Shown: positions 42,201 through 52,476, counted from the stretch's first letter. The stretch is DNA of 64,000 nucleotides from Campylobacterota bacterium (GCA_030152305.1 JASKOM010000005.1:79620-143619), one strand, 5' to 3'. Program-made: numbers and translations. Notes: a model not told the origin generated them from the sequence alone.

Positions 42201-42985
42201 ACAGTAACATGTGCAGGAACAACAATATATTTATCGCTAAATATATAAGCTAATGATGAAATATCTTTAATTGTGTCTTTTTTAGATTGATCGTTAGTTT
42301 CGCAATCATTACAATCTTGAGGTGCAACTAACGACCAAAGTTCGTCACTATTTAAACTAGTCCCAATTTTTATATGATCACAAGTATAAATACCCAAACT
42401 AGAAATAAATCTATTAAAAATCTTTAAAACCTCATCATAAACAGTATGATATTTTCTACCGTTATCAACAACTCTAATCACATTTTCGATAATATCTTTT
42501 AAGATTTTTTGCAAGACTTTATAAAAATATTGTTCTTTAATATTGTCGATATTCCAAGTAGGATTTTCATCAAGAGTCTTTAAAAATCTTGAACTATATG
42601 TTTTTAATTGCCCTTGTCGATTTTTTACAAGATTTAAAAGTGTTTCAAGGCTATTTTTATCATTTTCAGAAATGCTTACTGCATCAATAAGATAGCCCAT
42701 ATCATGAATAAAGTCTTTATTTATTTCTGTTAGATCTTCGTTTATGTCTGCGATTGCTTTTTTTGAATTTATTTTTTCAAAAATTGGCTCTAATTTTTTG
42801 ACAACTTTAAACATATCTTTCGAATTTATAACAACAGTTTTGTTATTTTCTTGAGCTTTTGTGATATGTTCAATATAAATTCTTTTGTAATATGACTCAA
42901 GATGAGTTTTGAGTTCAGCATTAAATTCATAAATATTAAAAGTTTCTGGATTATAAGAGCTTTGCATTGGTTGATAACTATACAT
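42188..42985 (-). CDS. GrpE-like nucleotide-exchange-factor homolog (tentative)
   Basis: Helical N-part, then a C-terminus (LGIYTCDHIKIGTSLNSDELWSLV...IKDISSLAYIFSDKYIVVPAHVTVWK) that parallels the GrpE pattern G.e.i...G..FDP..H.A......v..v...GY.l.dRvlRPA.V.V.K. Confidence 0.5.
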   Translation of the reverse strand: MYSYQPMQSSYNPETFNIYEFNAELKTHLESYYKRIYIEHITKAQENNKTVVINSKDMFKVVKKLEPIFEKINSKKAIADINEDLTEINKDFIHDMGYLIDAVSISENDKNSLETLLNLVKNRQGQLKTYSSRFLKTLDENPTWNIDNIKEQYFYKVLQKILKDIIENVIRVVDNGRKYHTVYDEVLKIFNRFISSLGIYTCDHIKIGTSLNSDELWSLVAPQDCNDCETNDQSKKDTIKDISSLAYIFSDKYIVVPAHVTVWKN

Positions 42986-44954
42986 TAGAAGAAGCCTTTT
43001 TAGCTGTTAGATTTCTTGAATTAATTTGTTTGCTAGAACGACTATCAAAAACTTTTACATCAACTTCAAGAATATCTTCTCGAGTTAATTCAAAAGTTAC
43101 TTGAATTTGTAATTCACCTTTTTGATGAGGTGGCAAACCTTCAATTTTAATAACATCAACTGAAGAAATACCAGAATCATAAGTATTAATTGCTTTTGAG
43201 TTTTTGGTGCGATTAAATACCATAATATCTACGACATCTTGATTATCTCTCAAAGTTGTATATTCTCGAGTTTCTCTTATAGGCAATTCGCTATCAGCAG
43301 GTATTAAAACATCAAATTTATAATTTTGTAAGCTGACACCAAAATCATGTAAAGCACGATCATTATAAGTTGGTTTAATATTTATAAGTTGATCATTGCC
43401 CCATTCACTCATTGCTTCGATAACAGCTCCAACAGAAATTACAGTTGATGTATCAATGTTAGAAATAGGTTGTTTATTAAAAAGATCATTAACACTTTTT
43501 TTAACAGCTGGAATATTAGAAGTTCCACCTGCTAAAATAATTTCATCGATGTTATTAACTGTTAAATTATTGTTACTTAGTATTCTGTTTATAACAGTAG
43601 TCGCTTTTCTTCTGATATCAGAAAATAAATTATCAAATTTATGTCTTGTAAGTTTTATATTAAAACTATATGCTTCACCGTTTGGTAACATAAGCCCAGC
43701 TAGATTTATTTCACTATCGTTAGCATCAGAAAGTTCTTTTTTTGCTCTTTCACATTCATTAAAAATCTCTTCATTCATAGAATCAGGACTGAACATATCT
43801 AAATCCAGATTGTCATTAAGAATTTCTTCATAAATATATTCAACAACTTTATTAGTAATATCAACACCACCTAATTTTGAATCACCATCCGAAGCGATAA
43901 TTTTTACATTGTTGTTCTTTAGTTCTAAAATAGAAACATCAAATGTTCCACCGCCAAAATCATAAACGAGCATTGTTGAATTCGAATCTTTGTTTGCTAT
44001 ACCATAAGCGACACCAACAGCAATTGGTTCTTTTTGAATTCGCACCTCATCGAAACCTGCATCTAGACCTGCATTTTTAACAGATTCAATTTGAGTTTGA
44101 TTAAAAGTTGCTGGAACAGTAATAACAGCTTTGGTAACAGGTTCTCCAATTACTTTATAAGCTTCATCTCGTAAATATCCTAAAAGAAATGATGATGCTT
44201 CAATAGGCGAAATATAAATAGTTTGATTGTTAGATTTTTGTCTAATTTGTGCAATATCAAAATCAATAAGAGATAAAGCTGTTATGCCAAGAGTTTTAGC
44301 TTTCCATAATAAATTTTTATCAGATGATACAAGAATAGCTGGTTCTCCATCTTTTAAAGCTTGATAAGCGATACTTAATATTCGATTATCATTTGTATCA
44401 TCGCTAAAATCAGAAGGCAAAATATCAATTTCGCTATTTTTATATTTAATAACAGATGAAGAAGATTGAATGTTGCTTATTGCTCGTTTAACAGGAAGTT
44501 CAATATCTTGTCTCCATCGACTTTGTTCAACAAGTTCATCAACAACTGTAAAAGGCAAACAAGCAACTTCGTTATTTTTTAATTTACTAAGAATATCTGG
44601 TTCATCTATAAAAATATTTGTATCGAATATATAACAAATCATTTCAGAATCTTCATTTTCTGCTTCTGCTGATTGTGTTTCAAAGTTTATTGGATATTTT
44701 TGTTGTGTGCCTAAAGCTCGTTTAAACTCTTTTAGCATTCTTTTAGGATTAACAATTCCTCTTCTTAAAGCTTGTTCGCCAAAAAATAATTTATTTTTTG
44801 TTTCGAAAAATATAACAGATGGAATAAGAAACGAATTTCTAATATTTATTTGATGGATCAGTCCATTTTAAAAAAACGAAACTACCGAATTTGAAGTTCC
44901 AAGGTCAATCCCGACGAAAGATCCTTTGACTTGTTCTAATATTGCTTCAGGCAT
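42978..44954 (-). pseudogene. Hsp70-like ATPase paralog 2 with a PhoH-type PIN domain inserted in the NBD; in-frame TAA at codon 29
   Basis: The hand-translated upstream part is MPEAILEQVKGSFVGIDLGTSNSVVSFF*NGLIHQINIRNSFLIPSVIFFETKNKLFFGEQALRRGIVNPKRMLKEFKRALGT, in frame with ORF 42978..44738. The stop is at 44868-44870. The PIN domain reads YIFDTNIFIDEPD...VVDELVE...NDNRILSIA...LVSSDKNLLWKAKTLGI. The rest of the NBD follows (AVITVPATFN, QKEPIAVGVAYG, YDFGGGTFDVS, LAGGTSNIPAV). Confidence 0.7.
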
Positions 44955-45067
44955 ATTTTTTTATCCTTTATGTTAATTTATATTTTATATACGATGAGGT
45001 ATTAAATGCTTAAATGCTGAATTCGATGAAATTATAAAATCCAGCATTGACAAAAAATAGCTAAAAA

Positions 45068-47066
45068 TTAGGCTTTTTGAATCGAGCTAATAATCGTTTT
45101 AAAAATGTCAGCTAATTTATCAATAGAATCTATTTTGTAATAATCACCAGAACTTGCCATTCCAGATAAAAGAGATTCATTGACACCATTGCCAACTCCA
45201 ATAGTTGCAAGTCTAATACCAGAATTTTTCATTTTGTAACTTTCACTTAAAGCTGGAGCTTCGGAAGAACCGCCATCTGTAACTAATATAGCCAAAGATG
45301 AATTTCGAATATATCTCGTATTAAATAAATTATTATGAGAGATTTTAATTGCATCGGCAATATCAAGTCCCACCTCGACAACTTAAACGATTAATAGCAC
45401 TTAAAATTTGGTTTTTATCATTTGTGAAATTTGACAAAATAACAGCCGAACTTTCAAATTCAACGAGAGCTAATTTATGAACATTAAGATCTATTAAATT
45501 CGAAACAAGATATGAACATGCTTGTTGTGCTTTTTCAAGAGGATAACCGCACATACTTCCAGAAACATCGATCATAACAACAATGTCAAAAGATTCAACG
45601 ACAGGAGTAATTTTCTTTCTTGAACCTTTATCGATTTCAATTTTTTCACTTTTTGTTGAATTTGTTCGAATATCTCGAGCCGTTACTTTTAGAATTCTAT
45701 TTTTATCAAATTCAAAAGTAACTTCAATTTTTGGCACACCTCGAGTAGCATGTTCAATATTGGTCAAAGCAAAACCGCCGTAGAAATCATTATTATTTAC
45801 ATTGTCAAGATCTTCGCCTTCAAAAACATTGATATCAATAAATTTTTGATAATTAGATGTTGTTGTATAAGTTTCTGTATATGAAATAGGATAGTGCTGA
45901 TTTTTTTTCAAAATAGGAGAAAACTTATCGTTAATTAATTCGATTCCAAGAGAATGAGAAATAATATCGTTGATTTTAACTTGCATTGTGTTGTCATTAC
46001 TTGCAACGATTGCCGCACCCATAGCAACTAATGTATCTAACGGTTTATCTGAATATGGAGTTTTGCCAAAATAATTTGTTACAAATTCTTGAATTTTTGG
46101 AATTTTTGCTGTTCCACCAACAAGAATAATTTTATCGATGTCATTTTTATTAATAGAATTTTTATTCAAAGATCTATCAACAATTCGTTCTATTTTGTTA
46201 AAAATTTGATTAGAAATATTTTCAAAATCAGCTCGATTTAATGTCAGTTGAAAAGAATAATTACCAAATAAATTTGGAATTTCGACATCAAAAGATAAAC
46301 TTTCAGAAAGAGCTTTTTTAGCTTCTTCAGCTTGATTTAAAAGACTATAAACAGCTTTGTTATATTCATCTTGCGATAAGCCAGATTTGTCAAAAGTTGA
46401 TAAATTAATAGCTTTATTCCGTCGAATATGAGATAAAAAATGTTCATATATAATTTGATCAAAATCATCTCCGCCAAGTTTGGCATCGCCATCAATCATA
46501 ATAGTATTATAATTTTTATCTTTAACTTCTAATACACTAACATCAAAAGTTCCACCGCCAATATCAAAAACAAATAATTTTTGATTAACTTTATCATCAA
46601 AAGCATAAGCAACAGCCGCAGACATTGGTTCAGTGATAATTTGTTTAACAATTAACCCAGCTTTTTCACCTGCTTTTTTTGTTTCTTCAATTTGATTTGA
46701 TTTAAAATAAGCTGGGACTGTAATAACTGCCTCAATTTCAGTAAAACCGTCTTTATTTAAAGCTTTAACAAATGCTTTTAAAATTTCTGTTGCAACATCA
46801 GTCGGTGAATATTTTTTATTATTAATATTCCAATATTTATTATTATCACCCATAAAAGCTTTTGAAGATTTAATAAAATTTTCAGGTTTTGTTACAGCTC
46901 GATTTTTAGCTTGACGACCAACACTAATATTATTTTTATCATCAATAAAAATTACTGACGATAAACTTTCAACACCTTGAAACCTAACGAATTTTAACTG
47001 ACCATTTTCCATATAAGCCAACACTGAATTTGTGGTTCCTAAATCAATACCTACAGCGATTTTCAA
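45068..47066 (-). pseudogene. Hsp70-like ATPase paralog 1 fused to a C-terminal vWA domain, split by a 1-nt frameshift near 45363-45373
   Basis: ORF 45363..47066 has VGIDLGTTNSV, ITEPMSAAVAYA, VFDIGGGTFDVS and LVGGTAKIPKI, then a vWA start (VVMIDVSGSM...RLSCRGGT*). ORF 45068..45373 continues the vWA domain (DIADAIK...LAILVTDGGS...). Removing one T from ACTTGAT restores ..CRGGTDIADAIK.. Confidence 0.7.
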
Positions 47067-47069
47067 AGC

Positions 47070-48494
47070 CTATCTCCTTTCTAATTTTTCTAATTTATCT
47101 AATTGCGATGTTGCTATTAAAAAAGCTCTAACTTTTGAATTAAACATATGACGAACTAACATGATTGTGCCTATGTTTTCTTTGCATTCATCAGTTAGTT
47201 TATTTTCTCTGCCTTCAATTAATGCCAAATGATTCGCAAGAAATAAACTCATTGTTTCAGCTTGTTTATAATAATCTTCATTAAAACATACATTTTTTAT
47301 AATTTCATTAACTAATTTGTTTGAAGTTTTTGATAATTGTGAATCAACATATGCTAAAAGTCCATTATTATTTAAAGCATTATTGCTATTTTTTACCTCA
47401 TCCAAAAATTCATCAATAGAATCAAAACCGTTAGATTCAGATGTCCAATGTTCAATTTTGTCAAACACTTTTTCCATTCCAGCATTTAATCGAAGATGGA
47501 ATTGTTTTATTTGTGCGACGAATCTTTGAGCTATTTCTTTATTTTTAAATGTTGGCGGTTCAAACATGTGAAGAATAAAAATACTAGCTGAATTGTGTTG
47601 TTTATAAACTTGTCTAAATAAATTTACCATTTCTTGTTCAAAGTTTGGCAATTTATAAAACCTACTTAAAACTCGTTTAATTAAATATTTAGTTTTTTCA
47701 TCAGTGTAACGAGGGTTATTATTTATATAATTAACAAGATGATTAAAACCAGTTTGACCTAAATCAATTAAAGCAAATTCAAGTAATCGATTAGAATTAT
47801 TATCGACTTGAATATTAGCTAGAAACCATTTAGCAACTTCGTTTTCACCGTATTTAACGATCATTTGTGCAACAACAGGTTTTAAAAAATCAGTGTTATG
47901 ATTTTTGATGTAATTTAATAAATTTTCATCATTAAATAAATATTGACTTATTTCGTTTGTAATTTTTAAGAAATTTTCTTTAGAAATTAAATCTAATAAA
48001 TATCTTTGCAGACATATTGATCTTCGGAATAATTTTTGATCATTATTTAAAGCCATTTTGCTACATTCAGCAACAGGCAATTTTGGTAATCGAATTTTTT
48101 CGATAGTTTCTTTGAATAATATACTTGAAAATATTTTGTCTTCAGAAACATCTTTTGTAATTTCTAATATTTGTTCATTGTCAAGAGAGTTTAATAATGA
48201 CTTTGTTAAATCTATGATGTCATTTCTTTTTGACTTTGATTTCTGTAAGTTGATCAGCCAATTATTTTTAATAATCGTATGAACCAAAGTAATTGTTCCA
48301 AGTTTGGATCTATAAATATTTAAATTTTGTGTTTCGTTGTTTTCAATAGCTTGTTTTACTTTTTCAATATCTTCTTTTGATATATAAAAAGATTGATTTT
48401 TTTGAAATCTTTTATCAATCGCTTTTTCCATCATTTTTAATGATTCTGACATTTTATTTGTTCCTATCTCTTGACTTGCAACCGTAATAATCAA
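47070..48494 (-). CDS. Unknown all-helical protein, first gene of the Hsp70 operon
   Basis: ORF with no motif I recognise. The probable start is Met15 (MSESLKMMEK, 48452). Confidence 0.6.
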   Translation of the reverse strand: MIITVASQEIGTNKMSESLKMMEKAIDKRFQKNQSFYISKEDIEKVKQAIENNETQNLNIYRSKLGTITLVHTIIKNNWLINLQKSKSKRNDIIDLTKSLLNSLDNEQILEITKDVSEDKIFSSILFKETIEKIRLPKLPVAECSKMALNNDQKLFRRSICLQRYLLDLISKENFLKITNEISQYLFNDENLLNYIKNHNTDFLKPVVAQMIVKYGENEVAKWFLANIQVDNNSNRLLEFALIDLGQTGFNHLVNYINNNPRYTDEKTKYLIKRVLSRFYKLPNFEQEMVNLFRQVYKQHNSASIFILHMFEPPTFKNKEIAQRFVAQIKQFHLRLNAGMEKVFDKIEHWTSESNGFDSIDEFLDEVKNSNNALNNNGLLAYVDSQLSKTSNKLVNEIIKNVCFNEDYYKQAETMSLFLANHLALIEGRENKLTDECKENIGTIMLVRHMFNSKVRAFLIATSQLDKLEKLERR

Positions 48495-48713
48495 AATATG
48501 ATCTAGTTATTAATCAAGACTGCATCTCTTAATATCTTGCTATAAAATAGCCTGATTTTTATTTTATTGATATTTTAATGATACACATCGATAAACTTTA
48601 TCTAAAAAAACATAGTTTTGAATTTTGTTTAATAATCGATAAATTATAAAATCGAAATTTTTTTCATGTTAATATTTTGTGGTTTTAATCTAAAAAATAT
48701 AAAAGAGAAAAAA

Positions 48714-50081
48714 ATGGAAATCGATTTTGAAAAAATAGGAAAATATTCCAAAGCTGGACCAAGATATACAAGTTATCCAACTGCTGTTGAATTTAAAGAA
48801 AATAAAGAAGTTACAGAACGATATTTTAAAGAATTAGAAGAAAGTTCTGATCAGTTGTCGCTATATTTTCATCTGCCGTTTTGCCGAAGTGCATGTTATT
48901 TTTGCGGTTGCAATGTCGTTTATACTTCTCGCCCTGAAAAACGAACTCGATATATAGATTATTTAAAAATTGAAATGAATTTGCTTTCAAAACATGTTAA
49001 AAACAATCGCGAAGTCGTTCAAATTCATTTTGGTGGCGGAACTCCAACTTTTTTTACTGATCAAGAGCTTGAAGAAATTATTCTCGAAATTAAAAAATAT
49101 TTCCCAAATATTTCAAAACAGGCTGAAATTAGCTGTGAAATTGATCCGCGATATCTTGATGAAGCTCAAATTCGAGTTTTGACAAAACATGGCTTTAATC
49201 GAATTAGTTTCGGAGTTCAAGATTTTGATCACAAAGTTCAAGAAGCTGTTCATCGAATTCAACCTTTTTCAGTTGTTGAAGCAAGTGTAAATTTAGCTCG
49301 AAAATATGGCATAAATTCAATAAATGTTGATTTAATTTACGGTTTGCCATATCAAACTGCTGATAGTTTCGAACGAACTATTAATCTTGCTTTAAAATTA
49401 AATCCTGATCGTTTTGCTGTTTTTAATTATGCTCATGTTCCATGGCTCATGAAAACAATGCGAAAAATCGATGAAGGCACTCTTCCGCAACCGTCCGAAA
49501 AAGCAAAAATTCTCAAAAAAACGATTGATCAATTAACTGGACATGGCTATAAAATGATCGGAATGGATCATTTTGCAAAAGAAAACGATGAATTATTTCT
49601 TGCGATTGACAAAGGCGAACTTCATAGAAATTTTCAAGGTTACACAACAAAAGGAGGCACTCAACTTTTGGGAATCGGCTTAACTTCAATCGGAAATGGC
49701 AAAGGCTATTACATTCAGAACTTTAAAGAGATGGATTTATACGAACAAAGTCTTGAAAAAGGTCAATTGCCAATTTTCCGCGGTTTTGCTCTTTCGATTG
49801 ATGACCAAATGCGACGAGATATTATTATGGAGCTTATGAGTAATTTCAAATTTGATATAGCTAGATTTAATAATAAATATTGTGTCGATTTTCACAGCCT
49901 TTTTCAGTTCGAACTTGATAATTTGCGAAAATTCGAAATTGATGAATTATTAACGATTTCATATTCTAAAATTGAAGTTAATTTCACTGGTTCGCTTGTT
50001 ATTCGAAATATCGCAATGACTTTTGACAGTTATATGCAAAATCATGCCCATTCAAACAAAGTTTTTAGCAAAACTGTTTAA
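48714..50081 (+). CDS. hemN: Oxygen-independent coproporphyrinogen III oxidase (radical SAM)
   Basis: RYTSYPTA, CRSACYFCGC and full HemN pattern. Met at 48714 is preferred to the ORF-track start at 48666. Confidence 0.88.
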   Translation: MEIDFEKIGKYSKAGPRYTSYPTAVEFKENKEVTERYFKELEESSDQLSLYFHLPFCRSACYFCGCNVVYTSRPEKRTRYIDYLKIEMNLLSKHVKNNREVVQIHFGGGTPTFFTDQELEEIILEIKKYFPNISKQAEISCEIDPRYLDEAQIRVLTKHGFNRISFGVQDFDHKVQEAVHRIQPFSVVEASVNLARKYGINSINVDLIYGLPYQTADSFERTINLALKLNPDRFAVFNYAHVPWLMKTMRKIDEGTLPQPSEKAKILKKTIDQLTGHGYKMIGMDHFAKENDELFLAIDKGELHRNFQGYTTKGGTQLLGIGLTSIGNGKGYYIQNFKEMDLYEQSLEKGQLPIFRGFALSIDDQMRRDIIMELMSNFKFDIARFNNKYCVDFHSLFQFELDNLRKFEIDELLTISYSKIEVNFTGSLVIRNIAMTFDSYMQNHAHSNKVFSKTV

Positions 50082-50109
50082 TTAAATTTTATTAAAAAGG
50101 TCGGAAATT

Positions 50110-50925
50110 TTGAAAAAAATAGCAATAAGCTCAATTCTTTTCTCTTCACTCTCGTTTTCAGCTTTCGCTTTGAATCTTTCTCCAACGATTGAATCGATTA
50201 TCGGAGCTGATAATTATCGAAAAAATTTGCCATTAATTAATAAATTATTTGCCGATGAAACTCAATTTTTGGTTAATGGCAAAGCCGATCCTGTTTTAAT
50301 TTCAAGCCGACTTAAAAAAAATGGACTTTTAAAATTTGATCTTGGGAAATCACAAACGATTCAGGCAAATTTTTACAGTGTCGGAAATTCAAGTATGTTT
50401 TTAAAAATATTAACTGATTCTTTGCAAGAATTAGGTTATGTTAAATATCACATTCTCGAGGCTTCAATGGATTCTGGAAATGTTTTATTGCAAATTGAAC
50501 TCAAATCAGATTCGTTAATTGATCCAGAGAATTTATATGAATCGATAAAAAAACACAATTGTTCAATAACTTCGATTCGACAAGATGATAAATTAAAATG
50601 GAATTACGAAATCGATACCTCATCGGCAGTTCTCGACACGATCAAACTTAATAAAAATCAGAATATTCAATTGCCAACACCAACTTCTGATTATTGGCTT
50701 TCAATCGAAACAAACGGAATAATCGAATTAATTAGTTCAGCAAATAATTGGCATCCGTTTATTTCGTTTTATGACAAAAAATTAAATCTATTAAATAGCT
50801 TTAGAATTAATGACAAAAAAAATGAACTATCGTTAAAAGTTCCAAAAACAGTAACATATATTAGAATATCAGATATATATAACATCAATAATATTAAAAA
50901 TGGTTTGAAAGTGAGATTTAAATAA
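50110..50925 (+). CDS. Secreted hypothetical protein
   Basis: TTG start and signal peptide MKKIAISSILFSSLSFSAFA. Confidence 0.5.
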   Translation: MKKIAISSILFSSLSFSAFALNLSPTIESIIGADNYRKNLPLINKLFADETQFLVNGKADPVLISSRLKKNGLLKFDLGKSQTIQANFYSVGNSSMFLKILTDSLQELGYVKYHILEASMDSGNVLLQIELKSDSLIDPENLYESIKKHNCSITSIRQDDKLKWNYEIDTSSAVLDTIKLNKNQNIQLPTPTSDYWLSIETNGIIELISSANNWHPFISFYDKKLNLLNSFRINDKKNELSLKVPKTVTYIRISDIYNINNIKNGLKVRFK

Positions 50926-50927
50926 AA

Positions 50928-51848
50928 ATGTCAAAACGAAAAGCAACGATTTTATTAAATATGGGCGGAGCAAATAATCCAAATGAAGTAGCTGTTTTTT
51001 TAAAAAACATGTTTAACGATCCATATATTATTAAAGCTCCAAAGTTAATTCGCAAAATGATCGCAAATTTAATCGTTTGGCGACGAGCTGAATATTCGAA
51101 AAATAATTTATTGCAAATAGGTGATAAATCGCCAATCGTAACTAACACGAAGAAATTATTAAAAAAATTAAATCGTGCTGGTCGTTTTGAGGCAATTATG
51201 CGATACACACCGCCGTTTGCAAATGAAATTCTCGAGAAATTGCGAAAAGATAAAATCGAACATTTGACACTTTTGCCAATGTATCCGCAATATTCGACAA
51301 CAACGACTTTGTCTTCTTTCAAAGATGTTTTTGACACTCTCGAAAAAATGAACTGGAGTGAAATTTCATTAACGACAATAAAGCCATATTATCTCGACAA
51401 TCGCTATTTGCGAATAATTACAAATTCGATAAATAATGTTATTCCTGATCCTGAAAATTGGAATTTAATATTTTCGGCTCATTCGCTTCCGCAAAAAATT
51501 ATCGATTCTGGAGATCCTTATTTATCGCAAATTGAATCTCAAGTTTCGACACTTAAAAATATGCTCAATAAATTTAAATCTGTTCATTTGGCTTTTCAGT
51601 CAAAAATTGGACCTTTAAAATGGCTTGAACCGTCATTAAATTCTAAATTATCAGAATTCCAAAATGAAAAAGTTGTTATTTATCCAATATCTTTTACTCT
51701 TGATAATCTCGAAACTGATTTTGAGTTAAGTATCGAATATCGTCATATTGCTAAAGAGCTTGGCATTAATGAATATGTCGTTATCAAAACTCCAAACGAT
51801 TCTGAAGATTTTGTCAAATTTTTAATCGAATTATCGAATGAAAATTGA
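50928..51848 (+). CDS. hemH: Ferrochelatase
   Basis: ILLNMGGANNPNEVAVFLKNMFNDPYII, PMYPQYSTTT and FSAHSLP. Confidence 0.88.
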   Translation: MSKRKATILLNMGGANNPNEVAVFLKNMFNDPYIIKAPKLIRKMIANLIVWRRAEYSKNNLLQIGDKSPIVTNTKKLLKKLNRAGRFEAIMRYTPPFANEILEKLRKDKIEHLTLLPMYPQYSTTTTLSSFKDVFDTLEKMNWSEISLTTIKPYYLDNRYLRIITNSINNVIPDPENWNLIFSAHSLPQKIIDSGDPYLSQIESQVSTLKNMLNKFKSVHLAFQSKIGPLKWLEPSLNSKLSEFQNEKVVIYPISFTLDNLETDFELSIEYRHIAKELGINEYVVIKTPNDSEDFVKFLIELSNEN

Positions 51849-52200
51849 TATTTCTAATTTATGGTCAGACCGCCAATTAGCTGGTGGTTTGCCTGACAAA
51901 AAAGATTACAAAAAAAATATCGATGGCGATGAGGTCGCAAAAGCAAAAACAGAAATTCTGAAACCTCATCAACATCAATTATATTTTCGTAAAGAAAAAA
52001 GATCAGGCAAAACGGTTACAGTTGTTGCTGAATTTTATTTAAATAAAAGTGAATTAGAAGATTTGCATAAAAGTTTAAAAAAGAGTTTATCAACAGGCGG
52101 AACAATTCGAAACAGTGAATTAGAATTTCAGGGTGAATTTGAAGAAAAATTAAGAAACTTATTGGAAAAACAGGGCTTTAAATTTAAAAAGAAAGGTTAG
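51838..52200 (+). CDS. yciH: SUI1/YciH translation-initiation-factor-like protein
   Basis: RKEKRSGKTVTVV...LKKSLSTGGTI...EFQGEF. Its stop codon (TAG 52198-52200) lies inside repeat copy B. Confidence 0.75.
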   Translation: MKIDISNLWSDRQLAGGLPDKKDYKKNIDGDEVAKAKTEILKPHQHQLYFRKEKRSGKTVTVVAEFYLNKSELEDLHKSLKKSLSTGGTIRNSELEFQGEFEEKLRNLLEKQGFKFKKKG

Positions 52201-52390
52201 TTGTTTACTTGTAACAAATATGCTACAATAACCTACATATACCGATGTCTGTAGCCGAAAACCAAGGGCAGATATATGGTAAAAAGCGCCTTGAGTAACC
52301 CTCGAGGCTTTGGGAGATCTCCCTGGATTAATAGTCCGCAGTTAGCAACTGTTACAGAAATGTAGAGATTGTTAAGTAACATAGATCGGT
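52195..52390 (+). repeat. ~196-bp repeat family, full copy B
   Basis: Direct repeat of 37160-37355. Confidence 0.85.
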
Positions 52391-52476
52391 TAAATAAAAA
52401 TGATCCTCTTGCAAAATTTCGTAAATGAAACTACAAAATCGTTAATTTATATGAATTATGCAAGAGGTTGATTTTC

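Noticed and set aside
37160-52390. The two ~196-bp direct repeats as attL/attR of a 15-kb integrated island
   Set aside because: The bracketed segment includes hemN, hemH and yciH, which look like core genes. No integrase is present. The repeats are 196 bp with 7 mismatches rather than short exact att cores. A third partial copy lies elsewhere. A dispersed repeat family is the simpler reading, and the Hsp70 operon alone may still be accessory.
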